From a phage: a stretch of DNA of 64,000 bases. Under the pieces are notes generated by a model. That model saw only the letters and a program-made list of their open reading frames with translations. It did no database searches and was not told where the DNA came from. Shown here one piece after another: positions 1-8,360 of the stretch. Position 1 is the stretch's first letter; each line of letters opens with the position of its first letter. The DNA lies in the sequence record PX994957.1; one strand, 5' to 3'. A program made the position numbers and the translations under genes.

Positions 1-174
1 TTTAATCAACACCCCAATATTACTATTAACTACTGCGTTACCTAAATCTGGATGCACCTCACGAACTTCTGCAGCTGTAATGAAATCTTTCTTAGCAATA
101 GTAATTAAAATCGCAGCAGTTTTTTCATTCAGAACATCGTTAGAAGCTTTGATGATGTAAGTTACTTTAGACAT
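1..174 (-). CDS. motA: MotA middle-transcription activator, N-terminal 58 codons; gene runs off the window start
   Basis: ATG at 174, frame open to nt 1; translation MSKVTYIIKASNDVLNEKTAAILITIAKKDF matches T4 MotA N-terminus as recalled. Confidence 0.7.
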   Translation of the reverse strand, partial: MSKVTYIIKASNDVLNEKTAAILITIAKKDFITAAEVREVHPDLGNAVVNSNIGVLIK

Positions 175-216
175 TTTCTAATCTCCGTAATTCTGTATCA
201 GTAGTTGATAGTTGTA

Positions 217-246
217 TAGTACCACAGTATGCTTTGGTTGTAAACC
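217..246 (-). promoter_or_regulatory. T-even early promoter upstream of motA
   Basis: on minus strand GTTTAC (241-246), 18-nt spacer, TACTAT (217-222); A/T-rich tract 251-278; conserved leader shared with other copies. Confidence 0.55.
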
Positions 247-254
247 GTTTTGTG

Positions 255-298
255 AAAAAAAAAATTAAAATAAAAAAGGGAGAGCCTCGGCTCTCCCT
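255..298 (-). terminator. intrinsic terminator hairpin plus U-tract
   Basis: GC-rich palindrome 279-298 (GGGAGAG..CTCTCCC) followed on minus strand by long U run. Confidence 0.6.
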
Positions 299-302
299 AA
301 AA

Positions 303-452
303 TTACTGCATGACTGTGATAACTGTCATGATAACACGTTGAATTCCGAACGCAAGAAGACCTCCTGCTACGGCTGGAACAACACCTAAACCCGCCAGTA
401 AAATGCTACCGGATACTAATGCAGCGCTTGTAATACCTATGAATGGACTCAT
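303..452 (-). CDS. 49-aa hydrophobic membrane peptide
   Basis: ATG overlaps gene 52 stop (ATGA); SD GAGGAAA; MSPFIGITSAALVSGSILLAGLGVVPAVAGG; under 60 aa so absent from ORF track. Confidence 0.5.
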   Translation of the reverse strand: MSPFIGITSAALVSGSILLAGLGVVPAVAGGLLAFGIQRVIMTVITVMQ

Positions 453-1777
453 TTGATTTCCTCTAAATCTTTAGTGTATTCGGTAACTACATTAGTAGTT
501 TTCCAATATTCGTTTTCTTCTTTCTTAGCTTTAGCTTCTTCAGCAAGTTTCTTTGCTTCGTCGGAAGTCATATGAAAAATATTCATTCCAACTAGTTTAT
601 CAACATAAGAAGAATACATATCGATTTTCGAAAGTTCTTCGGTCAGTTCTTTGCGAGTTTTACCCTGCACAACGATTTCACCTGAAATTACTTTCTTAAT
701 GAAATGTGCCTTGGCAAAGGCTAAACGAAAAGCTGACTCAGTTTCTTTGATTTTGTTATCAATTCGTTTTTGGACATAAGTTTTACGAACTTCAACAAAG
801 TCTTTAATTAAATCAACTACGTTATCGTAAACTTGTAGTTTTCCTTTCTCATTAATAACCGTAATATTCTGAGAACGACGCTCAATCAACCCGAAGTCTT
901 TCATAATTTTTGCATGGCGTTCTTCTTCGTTATCGCTCAAAGAATATTCTTTACGGAATTTAACTTTGAATCCAAAACCATGCTCACCACAAGCATCATC
1001 CCATGTAATGAAGCCTTTATCTTCAAGTGGGTCTAAGATTTTACTCACATAAGTTTCACGATCATACTTATACGGAATCTCAGTGATATGCATTTGAGTT
1101 CGTGAAGTAAACTTATATGTTCCACGAATTTCATATTGGCCATCAATCTCAACGACTTCACCACGAAATTCTGGGAATTCTACCTTCGGTTTAGTTACTT
1201 TCTTTCCTTGAAGAGCTTGTAATACAGCTTTCTTAACAGAAGAAACACTATGAGGAAGAATGTAAGTTGCATAACCAGTTGCAATACCGGAAACACCATT
1301 AAGAAGAACAGTAGGAATAATAGGCAAATAGAAAGCAGGCGGAATGTGTTCTTTATCTTGATGTACCGGAGCATATTCAGTATCTTTATATACGTTATAG
1401 AAATTTTTACTTACACGAGCAAAAATATAACGACTTGCTGCTGCTTTTTGGACGGTACGAGAACCAAAGTTTCCTTGACCATCTAACAGAGGAAAATTAT
1501 TATTCCAAGTGTTAGCCATCAAAGCACCTGCGTCTTGCGCAGAGTTTTCACCATGATGATATCCAAGGTCCGCTACACCACCTGCAATAGAAGCGAGTTT
1601 GTGAAACTTATCTTTATTTCCTCGTGCCAAATCAAGAGCTCGAGCAATAACAAATCGTTGAACTGGCTTAAATCCGTCAATCATATTTGGAATGGCACGA
1701 TTTTCAACCGTGTACATAGCATAAGCCAATGCTTCATTATCAATGATACTTTTTAAATCGCGATTATTCAGTTGCAT
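449..1777 (-). CDS. 52: DNA topoisomerase II medium subunit gp52
   Basis: 442 aa, same length as T4 gp52; MQLNNRDLKS start; position downstream of ndd and upstream of motA. Confidence 0.93.
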   Translation of the reverse strand: MQLNNRDLKSIIDNEALAYAMYTVENRAIPNMIDGFKPVQRFVIARALDLARGNKDKFHKLASIAGGVADLGYHHGENSAQDAGALMANTWNNNFPLLDGQGNFGSRTVQKAAASRYIFARVSKNFYNVYKDTEYAPVHQDKEHIPPAFYLPIIPTVLLNGVSGIATGYATYILPHSVSSVKKAVLQALQGKKVTKPKVEFPEFRGEVVEIDGQYEIRGTYKFTSRTQMHITEIPYKYDRETYVSKILDPLEDKGFITWDDACGEHGFGFKVKFRKEYSLSDNEEERHAKIMKDFGLIERRSQNITVINEKGKLQVYDNVVDLIKDFVEVRKTYVQKRIDNKIKETESAFRLAFAKAHFIKKVISGEIVVQGKTRKELTEELSKIDMYSSYVDKLVGMNIFHMTSDEAKKLAEEAKAKKEENEYWKTTNVVTEYTKDLEEIK

Positions 1778-1781
1778 AAAT

Positions 1782-1928
1782 TTACCATACTAGTGAATGT
1801 AGTGCCATAATAACATCAGAAATGAAAAGCACGACTTGAATTAATCCGAACATTACTCCATAATATAGTGCTACTAATAAAGTAGCAAGGGCTAATGAAT
1901 AGCCCAAGATTTTCTTAATCATTTTCAT
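1782..1928 (-). CDS. 48-aa hydrophobic peptide
   Basis: ATG at 1928 overlapping upstream ORF end; MKMIKKILGYSLALATLLVALYYGVMFGLIQ; stop 4 nt before gene 52 ATG. Confidence 0.4.
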   Translation of the reverse strand: MKMIKKILGYSLALATLLVALYYGVMFGLIQVVLFISDVIMALHSLVW

Positions 1929-2067
1929 TTAATAGCCAAAACAATGATAAAATTGCTAATACGCCTTGAGCTGTTGCTTGTAAAAATACTGAAGTTTCTC
2001 CAGTTATTACTGTTCCGGCGAATAAAAAGGACCAGCAGAAAAAGGCTATACCATAAACAAATTTCAT
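1915..2067 (-). CDS. 50-aa membrane peptide, possible ac-like small protein
   Basis: ATG 2067 with SD GAGGAAAAT; MKFVYGIAFFCWSFLFAGTVITGETSVFLQ; T4 has small membrane ORFs ac/stp in this interval. Confidence 0.45.
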   Translation of the reverse strand: MKFVYGIAFFCWSFLFAGTVITGETSVFLQATAQGVLAILSLFWLLNEND

Positions 2068-2079
2068 ATTTTCCTCACT

Positions 2080-2095
2080 GGCGTCCGAAGACGCC
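2080..2095 (-). other. RNA stem-loop with UUCG tetraloop immediately 5' of an SD
   Basis: GGCGTC CGAA GACGCC perfect 6-bp stem; no U-tract, abuts SD of downstream ORF. Confidence 0.45.
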
Positions 2096-2154
2096 TTTAG
2101 TTTTAAAATTATTACGATAGAACTGCATCACATGTTCGTTATGGAAATTACTCA

Positions 2155-2613
2155 TTAATATGCCTGCAAAACGAATTTAAAGTTATCAGCCAACATACGG
2201 TTCATTTCTTCAAGTGTTTGATACTCAGAATGATGATTACGAGTAAACGCTAAAGCTAACTGTCCTTTTCCAAATCCCGTCGTCAGAGGTTTCATCTTAG
2301 AAGCAGGCAGATAAAACACTGTGTATGGAACATTGTTATTTGCAATAGTACGTGCAAGCTGAGACCGACGTTGACGAATATGACTTAGAACTGCACTGAA
2401 TCCTTGCTTAGAACGCTGATTACCTACATAAAATCGTGCTGACACACATGGATTACTAAATGGACGACCATCTAATTTACTTACTAAAAAGTAAAATCCA
2501 GGTTTAGATAAAATATCTTTATGCGGAGTTCCCAAAAACCACTCACCGCCCTTGATTGTACCAATAACAGTAGCACCTGCATCATTCAGATCAGTAACAG
2601 TCATATATTTCAT
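2155..2613 (-). CDS. ndd: Ndd nucleoid disruption protein
   Basis: 152 aa from ATG 2613 (SD GAGGAAATTAAT); T4 Ndd is 151 aa; position between denB and 52; track ORF N-terminal 16 codons are read-through. Confidence 0.75.
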   Translation of the reverse strand: MKYMTVTDLNDAGATVIGTIKGGEWFLGTPHKDILSKPGFYFLVSKLDGRPFSNPCVSARFYVGNQRSKQGFSAVLSHIRQRRSQLARTIANNNVPYTVFYLPASKMKPLTTGFGKGQLALAFTRNHHSEYQTLEEMNRMLADNFKFVLQAY

Positions 2614-2673
2614 ATTAATTTCCTCTAAATTATTTTCTACTCCAAGGCCGCATGAATACACACGGCCATTAAA

Positions 2674-2889
2674 TTAATCGTCGCAGTCGACGCTCAATTC
2701 CCAAAACTCTTCTACGGTATAAGTTTCAGTATCATTTTCAATACAGAAACGTTCATTACTGTTATTTGCTAAAGTAGCGTTAACTGTCGGTTTCTCGCTA
2801 GTGCTCTTAAGAGGTGAAATACGAATTAACTGATCACCGTTATCTAAACAGAAAATTTCACCAACTTTTACATCTTTAAAACTTTTCAT
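2674..2889 (-). CDS. hypothetical protein (ndd.x-type)
   Basis: 71 aa; ATG 2889 with SD GAGGTGA. Confidence 0.55.
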   Translation of the reverse strand: MKSFKDVKVGEIFCLDNGDQLIRISPLKSTSEKPTVNATLANNSNERFCIENDTETYTVEEFWELSVDCDD

Positions 2890-3004
2890 AATTCACCTCA
2901 AGGAGTATAAAATCCAAATGCAGTTGTTGACCATCCCATCCAATATGGAAAATTTGCACCAATGTAAAACATAAGAATATAAAACCAACCGCTCAACAAA
3001 TTCA

Positions 3005-3202
3005 TCATTTTACACCATTCCAAATTGTTTCAACTACTGATTTTAAACCATTTTGATAAATATCCATTCCGACTACTGCCATCAAATAGATTCCAACTAC
3101 AACTGAACCTAAGGCGAAAATCAGCATAAAAATAAATAAAGTCGGAAAAATATTATCGAAAAACCATTCAATAAATGTAAAAGCACCGCGTTTACGCTTC
3201 AT
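3005..3202 (-). CDS. 65-aa membrane protein
   Basis: ATG 3202 with SD GAGGAAAATA; hydrophobic core FIFMLIFALGSVVVGIYLMAVVG; track start is TTG read-through. Confidence 0.55.
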   Translation of the reverse strand: MKRKRGAFTFIEWFFDNIFPTLFIFMLIFALGSVVVGIYLMAVVGMDIYQNGLKSVVETIWNGVK

Positions 3203-3209
3203 ATTTTCC

Positions 3210-3323
3210 TCACATAAATCCAAAATAAGCGTTTAACATATCAATCATTAAAACGATTGGGAATATACTCAAAACTATTAGTATTATAACTACATTCCAT
3301 ATAGCTTTAACAATCTTTTTCAT
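3210..3323 (-). CDS. 37-aa hydrophobic peptide
   Basis: ATG 3323 after SD GGAGGAACA directly downstream of early promoter; MKKIVKAIWNVVIILIVLSIFPIVLMIDM. Confidence 0.45.
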   Translation of the reverse strand: MKKIVKAIWNVVIILIVLSIFPIVLMIDMLNAYFGFM

Positions 3324-3351
3324 TTTGTGTTCCTCCGTAGTTGATAGTTGT

Positions 3352-3382
3352 ATAGTACCACAGAGGAACAGTCTTGTAAACA
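3352..3382 (-). promoter_or_regulatory. T-even early promoter
   Basis: GTTTAC (3377-3382), 18-nt spacer, TACTAT (3352-3357); flanked by inverted repeat GTTCCTC/GAGGAAC. Confidence 0.55.
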
Positions 3383-3598
3383 ACTTTTTTAAAAATATTC
3401 GTAATAAATGTGAATACCAACTACTACCGCTGAAACCTGTGCAACCCACCACGCGCAAGCAATAAGTACAGAATTAAAAATTTTCATAATAACCTCATCA
3501 CAAAAGTAAATGTTAAACAAATTAATGGAATACTAATTAACCAAACAAAACACCACCATAATGAACTCATAGTTCAATCTCAACGATTTTCATTTTAC

Positions 3599-3805
3599 TC
3601 AATAATCCGCTAAAAGATCGACGATTGCATCACGAAGACACTTATTCGCAATACGTTTAAGAGCAATTTCAGTTTCTGGAGCATTTTGAATAATCATTGA
3701 ATTCAATTCAGCCTCAGCAAACTGAAGTTCTTTAACTAATTCAGCTTTATATTTTCCTTGCCCTTTCTTAGCTTTTGCTCGTTTTAATTCAGCTGTAGTA
3801 AACAT
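3599..3805 (-). CDS. hypothetical protein (denB-proximal)
   Basis: 68 aa from ATG 3805 with SD GGAGAATAAA; track start is TTG within promoter leader. Confidence 0.55.
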   Translation of the reverse strand: MFTTAELKRAKAKKGQGKYKAELVKELQFAEAELNSMIIQNAPETEIALKRIANKCLRDAIVDLLADY

Positions 3806-3839
3806 TTTATTCTCCAAATCCGTATCAGTTGATAGTTGT

Positions 3840-3869
3840 ATATTACCACAGTCCTTGTGGTATGTAAAC
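3840..3869 (-). promoter_or_regulatory. T-even early promoter
   Basis: GTTTAC (3864-3869), 18-nt spacer, TAATAT (3840-3845); spacer dyad CCACAGTCCTTGTGG. Confidence 0.5.
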
Positions 3870-3884
3870 CGTTTGTGAAAATTT

Positions 3885-4442
3885 TTAAATGGAAAGATAC
3901 CATCCGTTGTAGTTGCTTTTTCTTACAACCTTACGAAGGTCTTCTCTGTCACCGATGAACTTCGGAGTGTACTGGATGACACCTGGATGAATTTCTTTAG
4001 TGTTGAATATAATTATACAGTCAGCGACTTGATGATTTAGAATGGGCCCTAAATTTATTCCAGAACCATATGGATACTCTCCGCTGCATCCCGTTGTTAC
4101 CGAAATCCAACGCGAGTCAGTTTGATGTGTTTTGACTTCTACACGAAGCCCGCAATATTTTGGATGCGCTAAAACATCCCATGCATACGTGTACGGGTCA
4201 TTAACGTCCTCTTGGCCTTTGTTAACATACCCGCTTAGCCAATCTGCTACAAAAAACTCTGCGTACACCGCGATACGGCATCTTTCGATAACTTCTGCTT
4301 TATCCTGGTTCGGGTTTTGTTTTAAAGAGTATCTTGCTGTATCAGCAATTTTGACCTTCATTTCACTAGTCAAATCACTGTTCGATAGGGTAAATGTCGG
4401 AATCTGAAATAGTCTCTGTAAACCCGGATTCGTTTTCTGCAT
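3885..4442 (-). CDS. denB: DenB endonuclease IV
   Basis: 185 aa, equal to T4 DenB length; ATG 4442 with SD AAAGGAAAG; adjacent to rIIB side. Confidence 0.85.
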   Translation of the reverse strand: MQKTNPGLQRLFQIPTFTLSNSDLTSEMKVKIADTARYSLKQNPNQDKAEVIERCRIAVYAEFFVADWLSGYVNKGQEDVNDPYTYAWDVLAHPKYCGLRVEVKTHQTDSRWISVTTGCSGEYPYGSGINLGPILNHQVADCIIIFNTKEIHPGVIQYTPKFIGDREDLRKVVRKSNYNGWYLSI

Positions 4443-4704
4443 TTAGACTTTCCTTTTTACCGCTGAGATAAGCGTTATATACTTTAAGAGTGCCGTAATA
4501 AATTCGGTCATTTTCATCTAAAGACTCACGGTCAAGTTCATCGAGTTCCTTTTTATCCATGACTATAACATCATTGCAATAAAGAAACCCAAGTTTTTTG
4601 TGTCCAAACTCAAATTTATTACAGTACACAATATTAGCGTGATGATTACCATGTAGAGAAATTTCTTTTATGTCGGAATCACCGATATTCATACAATAAA
4701 TCAT
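4375..4704 (-). CDS. hypothetical protein; 3' end overlaps denB start by 68 nt
   Basis: 109 aa; ATG 4704 with SD AAGGTG. Confidence 0.5.
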   Translation of the reverse strand: MIYCMNIGDSDIKEISLHGNHHANIVYCNKFEFGHKKLGFLYCNDVIVMDKKELDELDRESLDENDRIYYGTLKVYNAYLSGKKESLNAENESGFTETISDSDIYPIEQ

Positions 4705-4721
4705 AATTCACCTTAAAACAA

Positions 4722-4737
4722 AAGGGCCGAAGCCCTT
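4722..4737 (-). terminator. UUCG-loop hairpin between genes
   Basis: AAGGGC CGAA GCCCTT; followed on minus strand by UUGUUUUAA then SD of next gene. Confidence 0.5.
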
Positions 4738-4740
4738 ATT

Positions 4741-4935
4741 TTATTTGAATTGTGCAATTCTTTTCTCTAGACACTCAGCATAAGATTTCATTGAGATGAA
4801 CTGTGAAAGCAGCAGTTCTTGCTCAACTGCACTAACCGTTAGAAACTTTGTGCTTTCTAAAAATTTGCTCAGTGCATTAATTTTGAGCATTAATTGATCG
4901 TATTCTTCTTTTACTCGTGCTTGATAACCTAACAT
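4741..4935 (-). CDS. hypothetical protein (rIIB.x-type)
   Basis: 64 aa; ATG 4935 with SD AAGGAAAAT. Confidence 0.55.
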   Translation of the reverse strand: MLGYQARVKEEYDQLMLKINALSKFLESTKFLTVSAVEQELLLSQFISMKSYAECLEKRIAQFK

Positions 4936-4949
4936 AATTTTCCTTAGTT

Positions 4950-4965
4950 AAGGGCCGAAGCCCTT
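4950..4965 (-). other. intercistronic UUCG-loop hairpin abutting rIIB stop
   Basis: AAGGGC CGAA GCCCTT overlapping rIIB stop codon, directly 5' of next SD. Confidence 0.5.
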
Positions 4966-5902
4966 ATTTAAATTGTTCAGTAACGTCTTCAATTACTTCG
5001 TATTGGCAGGTACGCATTTTAGCGTCGTTGTAATCAATCGGAATTGATACTACATCACGAGGATGAACTTTAACTTTTACAACTCGGCTGGTTGAACCAC
5101 CGAAGTGACGAATATAAGATTTAGAACACACATGCAGACCACGAGAACAAGTTTGTGTATCATCGTCATTCACACGAGTACGCGGCATTTTAACTACTTT
5201 ACCAGGACTGTTATCAAAGGTATTTGAGTGACAGTCAAAGTAATTGCTGCGAACTACTTTCCAAGCATAGAAGTAACCATCTTCTGTAATTTCAATATCG
5301 TTTGCTACCAAGAAATCAAAAAGTCGAGATACCGCTTTCTGGCTTGGGTTTTCCAGCAGATTTTCCAAGAACGGAAAATAAACTTCAAAGTTTTCGCCTT
5401 TTTCCATCGAATCAAGAATACGATCAACCAAACCAGACCGCAATTCAATATTTTGATAGAATAAGCTTCCACCTTCAATTCGAACATCGCCGGAAATATA
5501 TTTTTCAACAGCGCGACGAACATTAATTTTTTGTGCCGCTTCTTCCAGCTTATCCGCTACAAGCAGATTGAGAATTTCCTGGAAGTTTGAATGAGTATTA
5601 GGTGTTGCATTATAAGTTACACCATCGACAGTAATCGAAATGAATTTTTTAGATGCATTCCAAATAATGTCAGATTTAGTAACTGGAGCAATAACTGCAT
5701 CGCTATTAACTTTAACTGTAATATCACCGCTAATAGTAACTTTAGAGCGTTTAGCTTCTTCAGCATTTTTCAAAACACGACGGATTGTATCAACCGATAC
5801 ACCTTGCCAATCAGCCAATTCCTGCTGAGTATAATTACCGCTTGAATACAGTTTAACAATTTCAGCTTGTTCGTTTTTGGTCAGGCATTTAATATTGTAC
5901 AT
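4964..5902 (-). CDS. rIIB: RIIB
   Basis: 312 aa, equal to T4 rIIB; immediately downstream of rIIA. Confidence 0.9.
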   Translation of the reverse strand: MYNIKCLTKNEQAEIVKLYSSGNYTQQELADWQGVSVDTIRRVLKNAEEAKRSKVTISGDITVKVNSDAVIAPVTKSDIIWNASKKFISITVDGVTYNATPNTHSNFQEILNLLVADKLEEAAQKINVRRAVEKYISGDVRIEGGSLFYQNIELRSGLVDRILDSMEKGENFEVYFPFLENLLENPSQKAVSRLFDFLVANDIEITEDGYFYAWKVVRSNYFDCHSNTFDNSPGKVVKMPRTRVNDDDTQTCSRGLHVCSKSYIRHFGGSTSRVVKVKVHPRDVVSIPIDYNDAKMRTCQYEVIEDVTEQFK

Positions 5903-5913
5903 AATTTTCCTTA

Positions 5914-8091
5914 TTAGGCCGCAAGGGCCTTCATAGTTTTAGCGATTTGGGAAACTTCATCATCACTTAAAGAGTTGCGATATCCGATGAAGTCGGAAAC
6001 AATACGGAATTTCTTGGTAAACTCAGCAACCATTTTATCACTGTTTTTTGAAGCATTATTTGATAATACATCAAAAAGATTAGTTACTGTCCAGATATCA
6101 TGACCGATGGTATCTTTTCCACCATTAAAATATACACCGCGCAATGAACTAACTATATTAGCGAGTCGTGTATATTCTTCAGAAACTTCATCTGTACTGA
6201 AGTACTTCATCATAAAATCTAGCTCAGGATACTTGATAATTTTATCAATATATCGTTGAGCTGAACTTGAATAACCTACATACTTATCATAATCTACATC
6301 ATCAAAAGCATCTACATATAAATCACGCAAAGCTTCAAAAATACATTGGCACTGACCGAGTTCTTTTACCTTTTTCTGTAAAAGCGGACGAATAACATAA
6401 AATTCATTAATGCCAATAAGATTAGCCATACGAATCAAAATATTCATAGATGGATGACAAAGTGATGTAGTACCATCCATAGAGAAAATATCAGAACGAT
6501 GCATATACGCTACATAACCAGTAATTTCATCTGCTTCTGACGTAAGTGTAAATAGTTCCTCTTTTTCCCAGCGCCCATCTTTAATTTCAAATTTAAATGC
6601 TGTAGCAGCTTTAGGACGAGGAGCTTTACTTTTAACTACCTTTGGAATATAACTTTTAACCAAAGCTTCAATTTCTGACAAATAGTGAATGTTAACTTCA
6701 TCACTTTCAAACATCGCCATAATATCAGGGAGTAAATCAATCTGCGATTCTACTTCCGGATTAATAAACAGAAGACGCTCATTGTGATGAATATTCAAAG
6801 TGTTATTAAATTCACTATCATCTAACGCGTGTGCTAATCCACGGACAATATTAACACGATTTTTAATATTATCAATAACGATATTAATTTTTGTTGTATT
6901 AATACCAAACAGACGATAACTTGATGCAACGGCTGAAGTTTCATGACTTTGCTTAATGCGTTTCAGTCGAGGGTCAAGATTTACTTCATACACCACGCCT
7001 GCATTACATAACTTACTGTCAGGTTCAAACATGCTCTGCATCTTCTTATATGACAGATTTTTAGTCGTGAATTTGACTGAATTACTAATCATATAATCTC
7101 GAGCAGAATAGCCCATTTTCATTAACTCGCGATACGTATGGCGAGGAGATGTAGATTCTTTAAATCGTTTTACATCTTCATTAAATGCTTTCTCACTAAG
7201 CTCTTTAACTCGTTCAATAATATTTTTACGAGTACGATCATCCAATGAAAGAGCTTCACGTGATGGAGCAATATCAAGTGAACCCATTGGAAACTTAATG
7301 TAATTCACTTCATTGCGAATGCTTAGCCAGTTACGGTCTCTAATAACACCATCGATAGGATAAACAATACCGCCATAGATAGCATATAATCCACCACGAT
7401 CAGGCCAGTATCTTTCTGGATTTACACCGTAATAATCATCAAAATCCGGAAAATAATCAATTTCACGGTCAAGACCATTAATAATAGCCAAATCTTTGAA
7501 CGGTCGCATGATATAAGAAACTTCATAAGCAAAGTTTCTAAAGTCTTTTTCTTCAACTGGAACTACGATTTCAATACCAGTTTTATCATCTGGACCCATT
7601 TCTTTTACGAATGTAGGTTTAATCTGTGGGCCATCACCATCCATGTAAGCTACATAACCACGAATTTCACCTTTATGATACGAAGTAATACTAAACGTAT
7701 CAGTATAACTAAACGGAGATTTAGAACCTAAACCAAATCCGCCAATGAAATCGTTAGATTCAGCCTTAGATGAACTGAAGTATGAATTATACAAACCAGG
7801 AGAATTATCATCACCCTGAATATCAAAATCACTCATACCCGGACCAAAATCTCGGCAAACAAATCGTGGATCTAAACGTCCAGGAACTTGAATGATAAAT
7901 TTTTCAGGATTTCCATTGAGAGCATGGGCATCAATCATGTTGGTAATCAATTCACGAACAACTGCGCGAATCTTATTTGTATACAAATCAGATGATAAGA
8001 TTTTAAATACTTTAGGAGATGCTGTGATGCTAAATGCTTTTGATTTAGAACCATTACCAAGAATTGTTTCTTTTTCAGTGGTGATAATCAT
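5914..8091 (-). CDS. rIIA: RIIA (GHKL-ATPase-like membrane-associated protein)
   Basis: 725 aa, equal to T4 rIIA; ATG 8091 with SD GAGGAAATTA. Confidence 0.93.
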   Translation of the reverse strand: MIITTEKETILGNGSKSKAFSITASPKVFKILSSDLYTNKIRAVVRELITNMIDAHALNGNPEKFIIQVPGRLDPRFVCRDFGPGMSDFDIQGDDNSPGLYNSYFSSSKAESNDFIGGFGLGSKSPFSYTDTFSITSYHKGEIRGYVAYMDGDGPQIKPTFVKEMGPDDKTGIEIVVPVEEKDFRNFAYEVSYIMRPFKDLAIINGLDREIDYFPDFDDYYGVNPERYWPDRGGLYAIYGGIVYPIDGVIRDRNWLSIRNEVNYIKFPMGSLDIAPSREALSLDDRTRKNIIERVKELSEKAFNEDVKRFKESTSPRHTYRELMKMGYSARDYMISNSVKFTTKNLSYKKMQSMFEPDSKLCNAGVVYEVNLDPRLKRIKQSHETSAVASSYRLFGINTTKINIVIDNIKNRVNIVRGLAHALDDSEFNNTLNIHHNERLLFINPEVESQIDLLPDIMAMFESDEVNIHYLSEIEALVKSYIPKVVKSKAPRPKAATAFKFEIKDGRWEKEELFTLTSEADEITGYVAYMHRSDIFSMDGTTSLCHPSMNILIRMANLIGINEFYVIRPLLQKKVKELGQCQCIFEALRDLYVDAFDDVDYDKYVGYSSSAQRYIDKIIKYPELDFMMKYFSTDEVSEEYTRLANIVSSLRGVYFNGGKDTIGHDIWTVTNLFDVLSNNASKNSDKMVAEFTKKFRIVSDFIGYRNSLSDDEVSQIAKTMKALAA
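5916..5930 (-). other. rIIA-rIIB intercistronic hairpin
   Basis: AGGCC gcaag GGCCT palindrome between rIIA stop and rIIB SD. Confidence 0.45.
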
Positions 8092-8101
8092 AATTTCCTC
8101 A

Positions 8102-8305
8102 TTAATTCATATTACGCTTAATAACTTCAGCAACTTCTAGTAGTTCGTCTTTAGTTGCGGTGTCGGATTGAATTTTATCTCTAATATCTTTAAAGCGGTT
8201 TTTAAATTCTTCGGCTTCTCCCATATCGAAAAAGCGTTGAATGATTCTATATTCTCGATGAACTGCTTTATCAAAAAGTTCTAAATTTACTTTATATGAT
8301 TTCAT
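8102..8305 (-). CDS. rIIA.1: RIIA.1-like small protein
   Basis: 67 aa; ATG 8305 with SD GAGGATA; between gene 39 and rIIA. Confidence 0.65.
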   Translation of the reverse strand: MKSYKVNLELFDKAVHREYRIIQRFFDMGEAEEFKNRFKDIRDKIQSDTATKDELLEVAEVIKRNMN

Positions 8306-8330
8306 TCCAATATCCTCATTTGCCCAATTA

Positions 8331-8360
8331 ATTATACCACATCCTTGTGGTAAAGTAAAC
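8331..8360 (-). promoter_or_regulatory. T-even early promoter for rIIA.1-rIIA-rIIB
   Basis: GTTTAC (8355-8360), 18-nt spacer, TGgTATAAT extended -10 (8331-8339); spacer dyad CCACATCCTTGTGG. Confidence 0.6.

Noticed and set aside
1250-1756. Plus-strand ORFs of 78 and 73 aa from the ORF track inside gene 52
   Set aside because: Antisense to a well-supported 442-codon gene, no SD; the same applies to other plus-strand track ORFs embedded in genes (4132-4407, 5228-5845, 7892-8140, 8882-10003, 31482-32780, 36141-36557, 38133-38936, 57056-57821)
3210-3458. 82-aa track ORF and other long N-terminal extensions (2155-2661, 13205-13744, 30768-31061, 55495-56082, 56488-57576)
   Set aside because: The extensions start at TTG/GTG and translate the conserved early-promoter leader (recurring peptide GTIQLSTT..); the real ATG with SD lies just downstream of the promoter, so the genes were trimmed
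8306-8360. Gene 60 with translational bypass element between rIIA.1 and gene 39
   Set aside because: Only 55 bp of promoter sequence separates the genes, and gp39 already contains the C-terminal region
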